The notes beneath the pieces are model-generated. The model was not told the origin of the DNA. It saw nothing but the letters and a program-made list of their open reading frames with translations, and ran no database searches. A DNA stretch of 64,000 nt from Lingula anatina. Its lineage: Eukaryota; Animalia; Brachiopoda. Both the position numbers and the translations under genes were made by a program. Where the stretch lies: assembly GCA_051362555.1 (NCBI GenBank), contig CM120648.1:18720587-18784586 (forward strand), in the 5' to 3' direction. The number at the start of each line of letters is the position of its first letter. The first letter of the stretch is position 1. Positions 53,501 through 64,000 of the stretch are shown here, one piece after another.

Positions 53501-56500
53501 AATACACGAGTAATTTTCACGTACAGCTCGACGACGAGTGTTGTATCTGGCTTAAACCACGGCCTCTGATTGGCTACTACATTAGTAGTGCAACAGACCG
53601 TGGAACGCACTCGTACATGACGTGCTTGTATGTCGCATACAGCACGGCCGAGTCTTTTGTTCTACGCGCTAGCCGTGGTTTAAAAAATGATGTGATCAAT
53701 TCTTTTACCCCACAGTTACTTTGTCATAAATTGATGGGGAGCCAACTTACCCCGGGGTCCAACTAGCCCCGGTCTCCCCTAATATTTGGCAGCGAATATT
53801 GCCTCATTCCATGATGTAGATACTCATGAGAGACAATGAAATATTGGAGGTAATTATTAGCTGCCAGTATTCACTGGCCGTTGAAGAAAAATGTCTTTAT
53901 TCTTAAACTGACATATTGTTATTGTTGTTTAGTTCAGTCAAACCCAACCAAAGAATTTAAAACCATGTTCAGAAGAGGCAGATGAAGGCGGTTATTTTGA
54001 CAGAAGCTTCGAAACCAGAAAGAAAGTGATGAAGTGTATAATATGCCAATTTATATGCTGCTTCTTTAAATATATGTTACATTTTGTTTACTTATTGATG
54101 TCAGGGGCAGATAATAAGGGTTGAAATGTCAAATAATAGACATAAAGTGTGACCTATACCATCCCATCCCCAGGCACAAATAGTAGTTAAGATGTGAATT
54201 ATGGTTTTATCCTAGATATTCAATATTAGTACTTGAACCTAACTCACACTGCTTCATTTTGACAGCCTTAAGTCATGCCAAAAACTATAAGTATAATAGT
54301 ATAAATATTTCACAACTGTCACTGTGAATGAAAATCATAATATTTAATCAATAACAAAAATAAAAAAATAAGTCTTGAGATTCAATTTTTTAAAAAACTT
54401 ACATAAAAGTGTATCACATTCTACTGAATTACAACTTTATAGGCTAAGAATTGGTTAAATTCCTTCTTGGATCACTATAAGGCTTTTGCAGTTAAGATGG
54501 AAGGCTTTATTATATGAAGCAGGGTCTGGCTCTGTAGATATTAATGACAACCTGTTTTATTGCTCTCTATAGATGTAAAATGACACAGTTGGTATTACAC
54601 TGGGCCTGGGTCTGTAAATTCCATTGCTGGTCAGTTTTATTTCTTCCAGTAGTCATAAAATAGCACAGCTCTCAGTGGCAGATATTAAGAGGGGTGTTAG
54701 GGGGGTCCTGACCCCTCCCCTCCCCTTCGATTACTGAGAAAAAAATCACACCTATAATTCCTCTTGAAATTAGAATTTTGTGTAGCTTAATCATAGTTTT
54801 AAACTATACCAGATGTCACCATTCACCAAATAAAATACCAAAATATCAGCGGGCCCCGAACCCCACGTCAGCAGGGGAAGGGGAGACTTCGATTCCATGG
54901 ACCACCCCCTTCAAATAATTCTGGCTCCGCCCTTGGCTCTTATTGCACAGTAATGCACTGCTTGTAGTGCTCTAGATATGGTTAGTCTCTTCCTCCATGT
55001 AGTGTTGCCATTTTGTATAGCCTGATTAAAGCTCATCTTATATGACAATGACAATGAACAGTTTCCTAAATTTGAATGATTCTTGATAAGTTTAGTCTTG
55101 TTCTGCTTACTGCTAACATTAGATTGGATTGCTGTCCTAATTTTGGAGAGCACTGTAGATGGTCATGATAGTGTCATTGTTTTGACATGGTGTGACATTT
55201 GTTTGACAGTGTTGTGACATTGTATTGATGATAGTGTGATGTTGTTTGGGTGTAGTGAGACATCTTCACAATGTTTTTTTTATGTACAGACACAGATGTG
55301 TCTGTACATATAGCCATCATCTGCGTCTGTCGTCGCCGTCGTTGCCGCCGTCGCTGTCGTCGCCGTGCACTTTTACCGATAACACGATAAGTGGAAAACT
55401 GTTTTTTATTTCAGCTTGAAACTTACAGAATTGATGAATATTTATAATATGCAGGTCAAGTTCAAAAATCAGCATGATCGGGTCAATTGTAGGGAAGTTA
55501 TGCTGTTTTTTCACTTTTTTCAGCATATATGCAGCACCGATAACATGATAAGTGGAAAACCATTTTACCTTTTGGTTTGAAACTTACAATACTGATGAAT
55601 ATTCATAATACGCAGGTCAAGTTCGAAAATCAGCATGATCGGGCCATTTTTTGGGAAGTTATGCTGTTTTTTCACTTTTTTCATCATATATGCAGCACCG
55701 ATAACACGATAAGTGGAAAACCATTTCACCTTTTGGCTTGAAACTTACAGAACTGATGAATATTCATAATACGCAGGTCAAGTTCGAAAATCAGCATGAT
55801 CGGGTCACTTGTAGGGAAGTTATGCTGTTTTTTTCACTTTTTTCAGCATATATACAGCACCGATAACACGATAAGTGGAAAACCCTTTTACCTTTTGGCT
55901 TGAAACTTACAGAACTGATGAATATTCATAATACGCAGGTCAAGTTCGAAAATCAGCATGATTGGGCCATTTTTAGGGAATTTATGCTGTTTTTTTCACT
56001 TTTTTCAATATAAATGCAACACTGATAACACAATATAAGAAAAACGGATTGGCCAATTGTCATTATACTCACAGAAGTTGTCAATCTTACTAAAACGCAG
56101 GTTGAGTTCAAAAATCAGCATAAGCGGGCCATTATTTTAGAAGTTATACTGTTTTTTCACATTTCCTCAGATTCAATTATTAGGCATGTTAACAGTCTCA
56201 TTATTGAACTAATAAGATGCGTAAAAGTGTTTGTTTGATATTTCCTGCATCTTTACAACATTGTTAGTTGATTATGTAAAAAACATGGTAAACTTGTTAT
56301 CATGTAATGTGTAATAAAGTGTCAAAAATGGAAATAAACTCATATCATTGCAGTTTGTCAGATTCAATCATCCACTATGTTCAGAATCTCAGAATGGAGG
56401 AAATTGGACATTTAACACTGTTCTATTGATACTTTTCCCATCTCATCAATTTTTTTAGTTGGCCATATAAAAATGGCAGTAAAATGTTTATTTTGTTTTA

Positions 56501-58333
56501 TGTTAAAAAAGTGTTAAAAATGGAACTAAACCCATTTCAGAACAGTGCTGTCTTGTTTACATTTTGGCATTTTCAAGATGTGACTTTGAAGTTCCATGGG
56601 CCTGAAGACCTTTGCTAGTCACATTTTCTGAATATCCGTGATACTAATATCTTATAATTAAAAATTGATGGTCATTATGCTGTTAAACATTATGTAATAT
56701 TGCATCAAAATTTGAAGAAACCCCTATTTTGGGCACTGCTCCCATGATGACCATTTAAGGAAAATCATGTCACTTACTGTTCTCAAACTTACAGGAAAGA
56801 AACATGGGACTAAAATATAGCTTCAGTAGGCAATGCAGTCTGTTTGGTAATTTTTTCTGGCAATTAAACAGTTTTTTTGTGAAAATTTAATTTTTCACAT
56901 GTTGGCATTTTCAAGGTGTGACTTTGAAGTTCCATGATCCTGAAGGCCTTTGCTTGTCACGTTTTCTGAATGTCCATGTTACTAATATTTTATTAATAAC
57001 ATTTGATGGTTATTATGCTGTTAAACATTATGTAAGGTTGCATCAAAATTTGAAGAAACCTCTATTTAGGGCACTGCTCCTATGATGACCATTTAAGGGA
57101 AATCATGTCACTTGCTGTTCTCAAACTTACAGGAAAGAAACATGGGTCTAACATACAGCTTCAGTAGGCAATGCAGTCTGTTTGGTAAAATTTTCTGGCA
57201 ATTTAACAGTTTTTTTGTGAAAATTTAATTTTTCACTTATTGGCAATTTCAAGGTGCAACTTAGAACCTCCACGGGCTTGAAGACCCATACTAGTCACAT
57301 TTTCTGAAAATCCATGATGTATATTTTATTATTAAAAATTGATGGTCATTATGCTGTTAAGCATTATGTAATGTTGCATCAAAATAGAAGAAAACACAAT
57401 TTTTGGTGCTGCTGCCATGATGACCATTATGGGAAAACCATGTTACTTATGATTGTCAAACTTTCAAAAAAGAAACACATGGCTAAAATGCAGCCCGAGT
57501 TGGAAAAGCAGTCTAATTGGCTTCTTTTTCTGGAAGTTATACATTTTAGTGAAATATTCATTATCTTTTTGGCATATTCATTGTGGGACTCAGAGCTCCC
57601 ATGGGCATGAAGCCGTATGGTAATCAAATTTTCTACATGTCCATGCTATTTATAGTCAATAATCAAAAATTGGTGATAATTATTCTATAATTTATTATGT
57701 AATGTTACATCAAAATTGACAATAATCTTTTTGCACTGCTACTGCAAACATTATGAAAAGAAAACTGTGTTTATCATTATCTTTAACTTATAAGTATGAT
57801 TTTTAGGATTGGCATGTAGTTCAAATTACAAAGCCAGGTCAATTGGGTTATCATTTATTATTGAATTTTATGCAATTTTGTGTGAAATTTTCATTTTTCT
57901 TATTCTGGCACTTTCTAAGCATAAACTTGAACTCTGATGGGCCTGAAGCCTTATGCTTTTATTTTCGTCGGTGTTACCTGTTGTGCAAAATTAAAATTTA
58001 ATGTTGACTGTGCAGTTAAACATAATGTATTATTGCATCAGAATTGGTAGTCTCCTATTTTGTGCATTATTGTTTTGTGCTTTTCTTAAGTTGTGACTTA
58101 TGGGCCTGAAAGACCTTTGAGAGGGTTAGTCTGTCAATTTCCCTTGGGTATCACTTAGCTAATTTCAGTGTTATAATTTGCCTAATTGATAGGCCATTAA
58201 ATGAGATTACATAAAGCACACTTGTTGATATTTCCCTGTAAACTCCCAAAGGTAAAGCTCTCTGCTAGATTAATAATAAGGAAGCAATGATAATTATGCA
58301 GGTAAATTTTGTTTAATATTGCAAATAAGTTTT

Positions 58334-58402
<69 letters not shown>

Positions 58403-60904
58403 TAAAAGTTTGAATAGCAGCTTCATTGGTATTATATTTACCTCTGCCAAGGAGGTTATATTTTCACCCCTGTTTGTCTGTCATCAACATAACTCAAAAA
58501 GTTATGGACCAATTTTGCTGAAAATTTCAGGAACTGTCAGAAGTGGGCCAAAGAGGACAATAATCAATAATAATCAACAATTGCTGCCTTGTTAATTTTT
58601 TTCTCAAACACTGGCATTTGTGACTTATAACTTCCATCCACCTGAGGCTCTGCTCATTTTCTGTATTTCCACATAAGCAGTTGTATTGTTTTTTATGTCT
58701 TTAAACATTATGTTATATTATTTTATGCACTGTCATCATTTTTCAAATATTGAGACTTTCATCATGTGACTTTGGTCTCTTATGGTCCTGAAACTGTAAT
58801 CTTATTGAAGGGGTGGATTGAGACCATCTTCTGGGTCTTCCGGAAGACAGTCAGGTTATTAACTTTATATTGACTGGTATCTGTTTTTTTTCTGTTGGAA
58901 GACCTTCAAAATGGAGGATGGATCAAAATAGATACTTTGGATTACTGTCAGAAAATATCTCTGGATCTGCTCCTGTTATGGATCTGCTCCTGCCTGGGCA
59001 GAGGTCTGCACTCTCAGAGTGCTTTTCTAGTTTTGTTTATTTTCCTTAATAACTTTTTTCTCAAACGCTTGCATTTGTGATATTTAACCGCCTGAAGCTC
59101 TGCACATTTTCTGTATTTCCACATAAGCAGTTGTATGTTATTTATGTTTTCAAACATTATGTAATATTATTTTATGCACTGTCATCATTTTTCAAATATT
59201 GAGACTTTCATCATGTGACTTTGGTCTCTCATGGTCCTGATACTGTAATCTTATTGAAGGGATGGATTGAGACCATCTTCTGGGTCAGCTTCCGGAAGAC
59301 GTTCGGATTTTTAAGTTTATATTGACTGATATTTATTTTTTTTTTCTGTTGGAAGATCATCAAAATAGAGGATGGATCAACAAAGATACTTTGGAATACT
59401 GTCAGAAAATATCTCTGGGTCAGCTCCTGTTATTGACCATGTTACCTGTTGTGCATGATTAAAATTCAGTGTTGACTAACAGTGCTATTATAAGCATTAT
59501 TTATTATTGCATCAAAATTGGCAAAATGACCTATTTTGCATCATTATTTTCTGTTTTTTGTCTGTACATTTGACAGCTTTGCTGCCTTGTTTTAACATGG
59601 TGTGACATTGTTTTGACAGTGGTGTGGTATATTTGGACCTAGTGTGACATTGTTTTGATGTAAGTGTGATGTTGTTTGGATGTTTTGACATTTTTACAGT
59701 TTTTCTTGGACATGGTGTGACATTTTTTGACAGTAGTGTGACATTGTTTTGACAGTAATGTTTATTCTGTAGCAAAGACAGTGGGAGGAAGAGCAGTTGA
59801 AATGTCAGGTGAAGTTTGAAGAGGCTCAGATAGACCCCGCCCCCTTCCAGCTAGTGGAGAGGACTTCCTTACAGAAAGTAAGATGTAAAAAAAAAAAAAA
59901 AACAGAACATTTAGAAAATGCATGGTTGGTTTTCAAGAATGTTCATTTTATCCGCATCTCTGTCTTTTACATAAATAAAATTATTTCCAAAATTCGATAA
60001 TGACTGGGGAATTGAAAAAAGAGAGGATCATTTAATCAAAATAAAATTTAGCATCAATGCAGAGGAATCTGTCGGAGTGTTTCAGCTTATTCTTGGAAGA
60101 AATGGATCCATCATAATGGCATGGGAGAACTGAATTGTACATGCATTCTTTACAGTACCTAAGTAGTTAAGACTTCACTGTTTCACTTCTTTCTCACTAT
60201 GTGGTTGTGGCTATGTTTCAGGTTCACTCTCTGTTCTCACTGCTAGGCCTGAACCATGCCTATGTCACCAATACAGGGAGATTGGTAGGAGTGGTTGCAC
60301 TTAAAGAGGTAAACACACATCAACATGTTACTATCATAACTATATAATACTGTAAACTTGAACCATGTCTATATCACCAATACAGGGAGGTTGGTAGGAG
60401 TGGTAGCACTTAAAGAGGTAAACACACATCAACATGTTACTATCATAACTATATAATACTGTAAACTTGAACCATGCCTATGTCACCAATACAGGGAGGT
60501 TGGTAGGAGTGGTAGCACTTAAAGAGGTAAACACACATCAACATGTTACTATCATAACTATTTAACACTGTAAACATCAGAATTGCTGCTATTTGGCACT
60601 AGAAAAGTAAATGCTTAATGTGTTTAAAAGTTGTTACAGTATTACTCAGCCTTTGTTAAATCTTGTGTGACCCAAGTCTTGTGTAAGGTGTTACACTCTC
60701 AAAGTATAGGTCAGAGAATGATGGAACAAGTTTAACAAATCACAGCATGGGGTAATGCAATCAGCCTGCATTTTGTGCTTGCAGGTAAGGAGGGCCATTG
60801 AGGGCCAGGTAGAAGAAGACCATGAACTGATGCGGACACACAAGCATGGCAATACTGTGGAACTGGAGATGGAAGTGAGGGAACGGTCGGATAGTGAGGC
60901 TTGA
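38538..60904 (+). CDS. CLCN2: Chloride channel CLC-2 / ClC-a, 3' two-thirds; disrupted as assembled (TGA at 40223, CBS1 exon absent)
   Basis: Exons 38538-38639, 40222-40306, 40661-40819, 41519-41588, 42078-42188, 42940-43037, 43595-43710, [gap], 45100-45428, 46956-47157, 47821-47915, 48977-49054, 51631-51720, 59773-59877, 60222-60308, 60785-60904 (TGA). Hallmark peptides: [120 protein letters not shown]. Confidence 0.9.
38638..38940 (+). repeat. 78-bp x4 tandem array starting at a CLC-2 splice donor
   Basis: AA|GTAAGT at 38640, 38718, 38796 and 38874. Confidence 0.95.
39200..40254 (+). repeat. 81-bp x13 tandem array spanning a CLC-2 splice acceptor plus ~30 nt of exon
   Basis: TTTTATTTATTTCAG|TTGATTCATCTATCCAACTGTGATAACATTTT repeated, with acceptor AGs ending at 39250 through 40221. 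Confidence 0.95.
40266..40444 (+). repeat. 66-67-bp x3 array spanning an exon end plus donor
   Basis: GCTGGAATG|GTA at 40307, 40374 and 40440. Confidence 0.9.
41006..41525 (+). repeat. 112-bp x~4.6 array spanning an acceptor
   Basis: TTACATTTGTTT..AG|TTT ending at 41070, 41182, 41294, 41406 and 41518. Confidence 0.9.
42098..42627 (+). repeat. 87-bp x6 array made of most of an exon plus donor
   Basis: GGAGGATATGCTGTAGTAG|GTAA at 42189, 42276, 42363, 42450 (mutated), 42537 and 42624. Confidence 0.95.
42985..43489 (+). repeat. 77-bp x6.5 array spanning an exon end plus donor
   Basis: CCTGCTGTG|GTAAGA at 43038, 43115, 43192, 43269, 43346 and 43423. Confidence 0.95.
43687..44670 (+). repeat. 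32-bp x~31 array spanning an exon end plus donor
   Basis: Unit TGATATCATCCCCACCAAGTCCAG|GTAATATG, repeated from the donor at 43711. Confidence 0.95.
45739..46907. mobile_element. PIF/Harbinger-type MITE, carrying a smaller MITE (~46498-46655)
   Basis: TIRs GGCCACACTTTTTATTTTTATGGATGACATCC / GGATGTCATCCATAAAAATAAAAAAGTGTGGCC with a TAA TSD on both sides. The inner element has GGCCCGTAGCCAG / CTGGCTACGGGCC ends. Confidence 0.8.
48338..48807. repeat. 97-bp x~5 intronic tandem repeat
   Basis: TGAAGGTCAACATACCTGTATC at 48338, 48435, 48532, 48629 and 48726. Confidence 0.9.
53286..53779. mobile_element. Tc1/mariner/pogo-type MITE
   Basis: 49-bp TIR (GGGGAGACCGGGGCTAGTTGGACCCCGGGGTAAGTTGGC...) with one mismatch, a TA TSD, and a CpG-rich interior suggesting a young insertion. 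Confidence 0.85.
55277..59590 (+). mobile_element. Full-length 4.3-kb HINE family B element in a CLC-2 intron
   Basis: 5' ATGTACAGACACAGATGTGTCTGTACAT hairpin/subTIR, a (GTC/GCC)n microsatellite and ~160-bp x4 tandem units. The 3' subTIR TGTCTGTACAT is followed by a GACAGC-TTT-GCTGCC hairpin and a T run. The same ~20-bp minisatellite (GGTGTGACATTGTTTTGACA) lies on both flanks, with no TSD. Confidence 0.8.
60250..60576 (+). repeat. 109-bp x3 array spanning an exon end plus donor
   Basis: GCACTTAAAGAG|GTAAAC at 60309, 60418 and 60527. Confidence 0.95.
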
Positions 60905-61195
60905 ACTACATCAACTCATCAGATAGTGAGGCGTAAATAATAATTGCTCATGGTCAGTTTGGAACAGAAAGGAAAGTGAAGCACATGGAAACTGAAATAT
61001 TTTATCAGGACATGAAATATGCCAGAAGACAGTGAAGAGAACATTACTAGGAGCTGTGTACCAGTAGAGAGAGAGGAGAGTATGAACTCTTAACATTGGT
61101 GCTGTGGTCAGAATACTTGGTGTTTACCATGTACCCCCCTCTCACTGCTGACATACTGCATTTAGAGAGTTATCAAAATAAAGAACAAAGAGAGA

Positions 61196-61545
61196 TGGCA
61201 TGTCATGATAGTCCATGACTTGACAGTCAGTGTCATGGTAACCATTGCCATGACAATATGCCATGACAGTGCATGACCTGACATTCAGTATATGGTAATT
61301 GTTGCCATGACAATATGCCATGACAGTGCATGACCTGACATTCAGTATATGGTAATTGTTGCCATGACAGTCCATGACCTGACATTCAGTACCATGGTAA
61401 CCATTGCCGTGACAATATGGCATGACCGTCCATGGCCAGACATTCAGTATCATGGTAACCGTTGCCATGGCAACATGGCATGACAGTCCATGACCTGACA
61501 TTCAGTACCATGGTAACTGTTGCCATGACAACATGCCATGACAGA
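61196..61545. repeat. ~60-bp degenerate tandem repeat in the CLC-2 3' UTR region
   Basis: CCATGACCTGACATTCAGTA..ATGGTAA..GTTGCCATGACA recurring about 6 times. Confidence 0.8.
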
Positions 61546-61734
61546 CTATGTCGTCATATACAGTTACACAGTAACCATTGTTTCAGTTCATAATAATGCC
61601 AATATCATTTTATCCATGTTAAATTTGTTTGGGTCCTTAAGTAAATAAATACATTGTAACTACTGGTGTATGGGGGTGAGGGGGGGGGGGGGGTTCATGC
61701 CAAGGCAGTCCTTTTGTACCCAGAGTTTAAGAGT

Positions 61735-61987
61735 CTACTGTAGACTGACCTGTGTAATCATCATGTCTTCCAGAAAGGGAGGGGAGACATGATGATAATA
61801 CAGCTTACTGGTAGTTTACTGTAGACTGACCTGTGTAATCATCATGCCTTCCAGAAAGGGAGGGGAGACATGATGATGATAATAGAGCTTACTGGCAGTT
61901 TACTGTAGACTGACCTGTGTAATCACCATGCCTTCCAGAAAGGGAGGGGAGACAAGCTGATAATAGAGCTTACTGGCAGTCTACTGG
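61735..61987. repeat. ~84-bp x3 tandem repeat
   Basis: TACTGTAGACTGACCTGTGTAATCA...TTCCAGAAAGGGAGGGGAGACA occurs three times. Confidence 0.85.
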
Positions 61988-62260
61988 AAACTCCAAAACT
62001 CTGGATGCCATTTTAGTCATATATTTGTATATATATATATATAAACATTACCATATTTTTTATATCTCTTTTTGTACAGACTGCATTATGATTTAAATTA
62101 GCTTTTTGAATGGTCAAATGACCCCTTGTTTTTCTTGTTCTGTTTATTTCAGTCATTGGCATATTATCATTATTCATAAATTTCAATTATCACGAAACAG
62201 ATACAACTGTAACAGTGAATTTCCCTCTTAGTCTGGATGACTGGTGCTATATTTTGGCCA

Positions 62261-64000
62261 AATTGCTCAAAATGTGGAAAAAGCATGAAACTTTGCACAA
62301 ATGTTCTTTGGTCTATACTGATCATTTTCAAGGGCAGTGCCCAAAATTTCAAAGCGTTGCTTAGCAACCGTTGCTATGGAAGTGAATTTCCTTAGTAACA
62401 AGCTAATTAGACCTTTCTTGTCCAGTTTAAATGGTTTAGAAATGCTAATAACTATGTTACAGGGCATCAGAACTATCACTAGACTATTCAAAAGTAATTA
62501 AAACCCAAATTAACCTAAGCCATGATTGCTAGGCAGTATATTACCCTAGCAACAAGCATTTAAAGTTGCGTTAGTCTATTAAGTAAGGCAAATCTATAAT
62601 ACTAGCTAAGAACTATACTTTTGAGCAAGATATTCATACTTTTAATATACTTACATGCACACTAAACTTTACATGGCTTAAAAGACTTCTTTATGAAGAA
62701 AATAAGAGTAAGTGGAGAACCTTTTTTCTCGGCGAAATGTCAGGAATTGGTAGTAACAAAAGGTGGATTAAAAATACTAAAAGCAGCTTCTTATCACTTT
62801 TGGAAAAGATTAATGGTTCTTTGAGTGAAGTTCAGGAAAATTGCATTTTAACCCCAGACGAAATCCTATCACAACCATTATGTCAAAACTCAAAAATTGA
62901 AAGAAATTGAAAAACTGTTTTCCATAAAAGATGGTGTAAAAATGTTTTCTTTTTTTACACCAATGATATTATAAATGACATTTGAAATCCCCTTTGTCTA
63001 GAGGAACTCGACAAAAAATTAACCTTAACACCAACTTTCTGGGCTAATTCAGCATCCAAAAAAGCTTACCATCTGAATGGCTATCTCTTCCCATGGAAGG
63101 AAATTGAGCATAGCAATCCAAGAAATAATTGACTCAATTAAACAAGTTACCAAACCATCCAGATATTTTTTCGCAAAAATCCTCCAAAGCCATATAATAT
63201 CACTAGATAAAGGTGTAGGTGAATGGCAGACATATTTAAAAAAAAAACCTTGAGTACTGATAATTGGGAACTAACATTTAGGAAACAGATCACAAGAAAA
63301 TGAAGTTTCTCCAATTCAGAATAAATCATAGAATATTCAATACTTATGCTTATCTTATGAATTTGAGAATTTTGCAATACTGCTAGGGAAAATATTCAGT
63401 TTCTGTTCGTTTTTTTGGATTGTCCACATGTAAAAAATGTTTGGATGTGCATCATTTGCCCAGCTAAAGATAATTTAGGTGTGGTCATTGATAGATCTCC
63501 AGAGATATTTGTATTTGGGTTTGTGCAAGCATACACTATTTATGTACCTATCTTAATAACTAAGAAACATGTGAGTATATGTAGAATGAGAACAGAAAGA
63601 TGGGAAGGAACTGGAGGGTATGTAAAATGCTACAGAGATACCTGTAAATATATTATTAAATATATATTATTAAATATATATTATTAAATAAATAATGTTT
63701 AATACTTGTTGCTAGGGTAATATGCTGCCTAGCAACTGTTGCAATGGTTTACTTGGATTTTTAATGTCTTAAAATAATATAGTGATAGTTCTGATGGCTT
63801 GAAACATTATTAAGAGCCTTTTTAAATCATTTAAACTGAACAAGAAAGGTCCAATTAGCTTGTTACTAAGGTAAATCACTTCCTTAGCAACGGTTGCTAA
63901 GCAACGCTTTGAAATTTTTGGCACTACCCTTGAAAATGATCAGCATAGTCCAAAGAACATTTATGCCAAGTTTCATGCTTTTTCCACCTTTTGAGCAATT
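62261..64000. mobile_element. Foldback-type element with ~300-bp TIRs enclosing a decayed L1/Tx1 ORF2 3' fragment; runs off the window
   Basis: 62261-62560 (AATTGCTCAAAATGTGGAAAAAGCATGAAAC...) is the reverse complement of ~63705-64000. The interior encodes broken QPL..N.KI..KTVFHKRW and FFWDCPHVKNVW (zf-RVT-like) peptides. Confidence 0.7.

Overview
AT-rich, intron-rich animal genomic DNA (repeat families and gene content suggest a marine invertebrate, probably a lophotrochozoan; this is inference). Bases 1.4-10.7 kb are a nested transposon stack: a Helentron-like (HINE) element, interrupted by a CMC/EnSpm-like TIR element (2202-10464), which carries a young Gag-Pro-only LTR retrotransposon with apparently identical 1831-bp LTRs (2433-7658) and an older decayed LTR element. 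Three multi-exon genes follow on the + strand, none with a visible 5' end. (1) A ROCO gene, Roc GTPase-COR-DZIP3-like HEPN RNase (11153-21212), frameshifted just after the HEPN motif. (2) A chimeric gene, Slp4/5-type C2A domain + Q-rich linker + death-domain-like + CARD-like (31352-34075). (3) The 3' two-thirds of a CLC-2 chloride channel (38538-60904), with an in-frame TGA and a missing CBS1 exon. The most striking pattern is in the CLC-2 gene: nine unrelated tandem arrays (29-112 bp units) are each anchored on an exon-intron boundary and multiply a real splice site 2-31 times. Large HINE copies and several MITEs fill the remaining space. All exon models were read by eye from GT-AG sites and frame continuity; no database searches were run.
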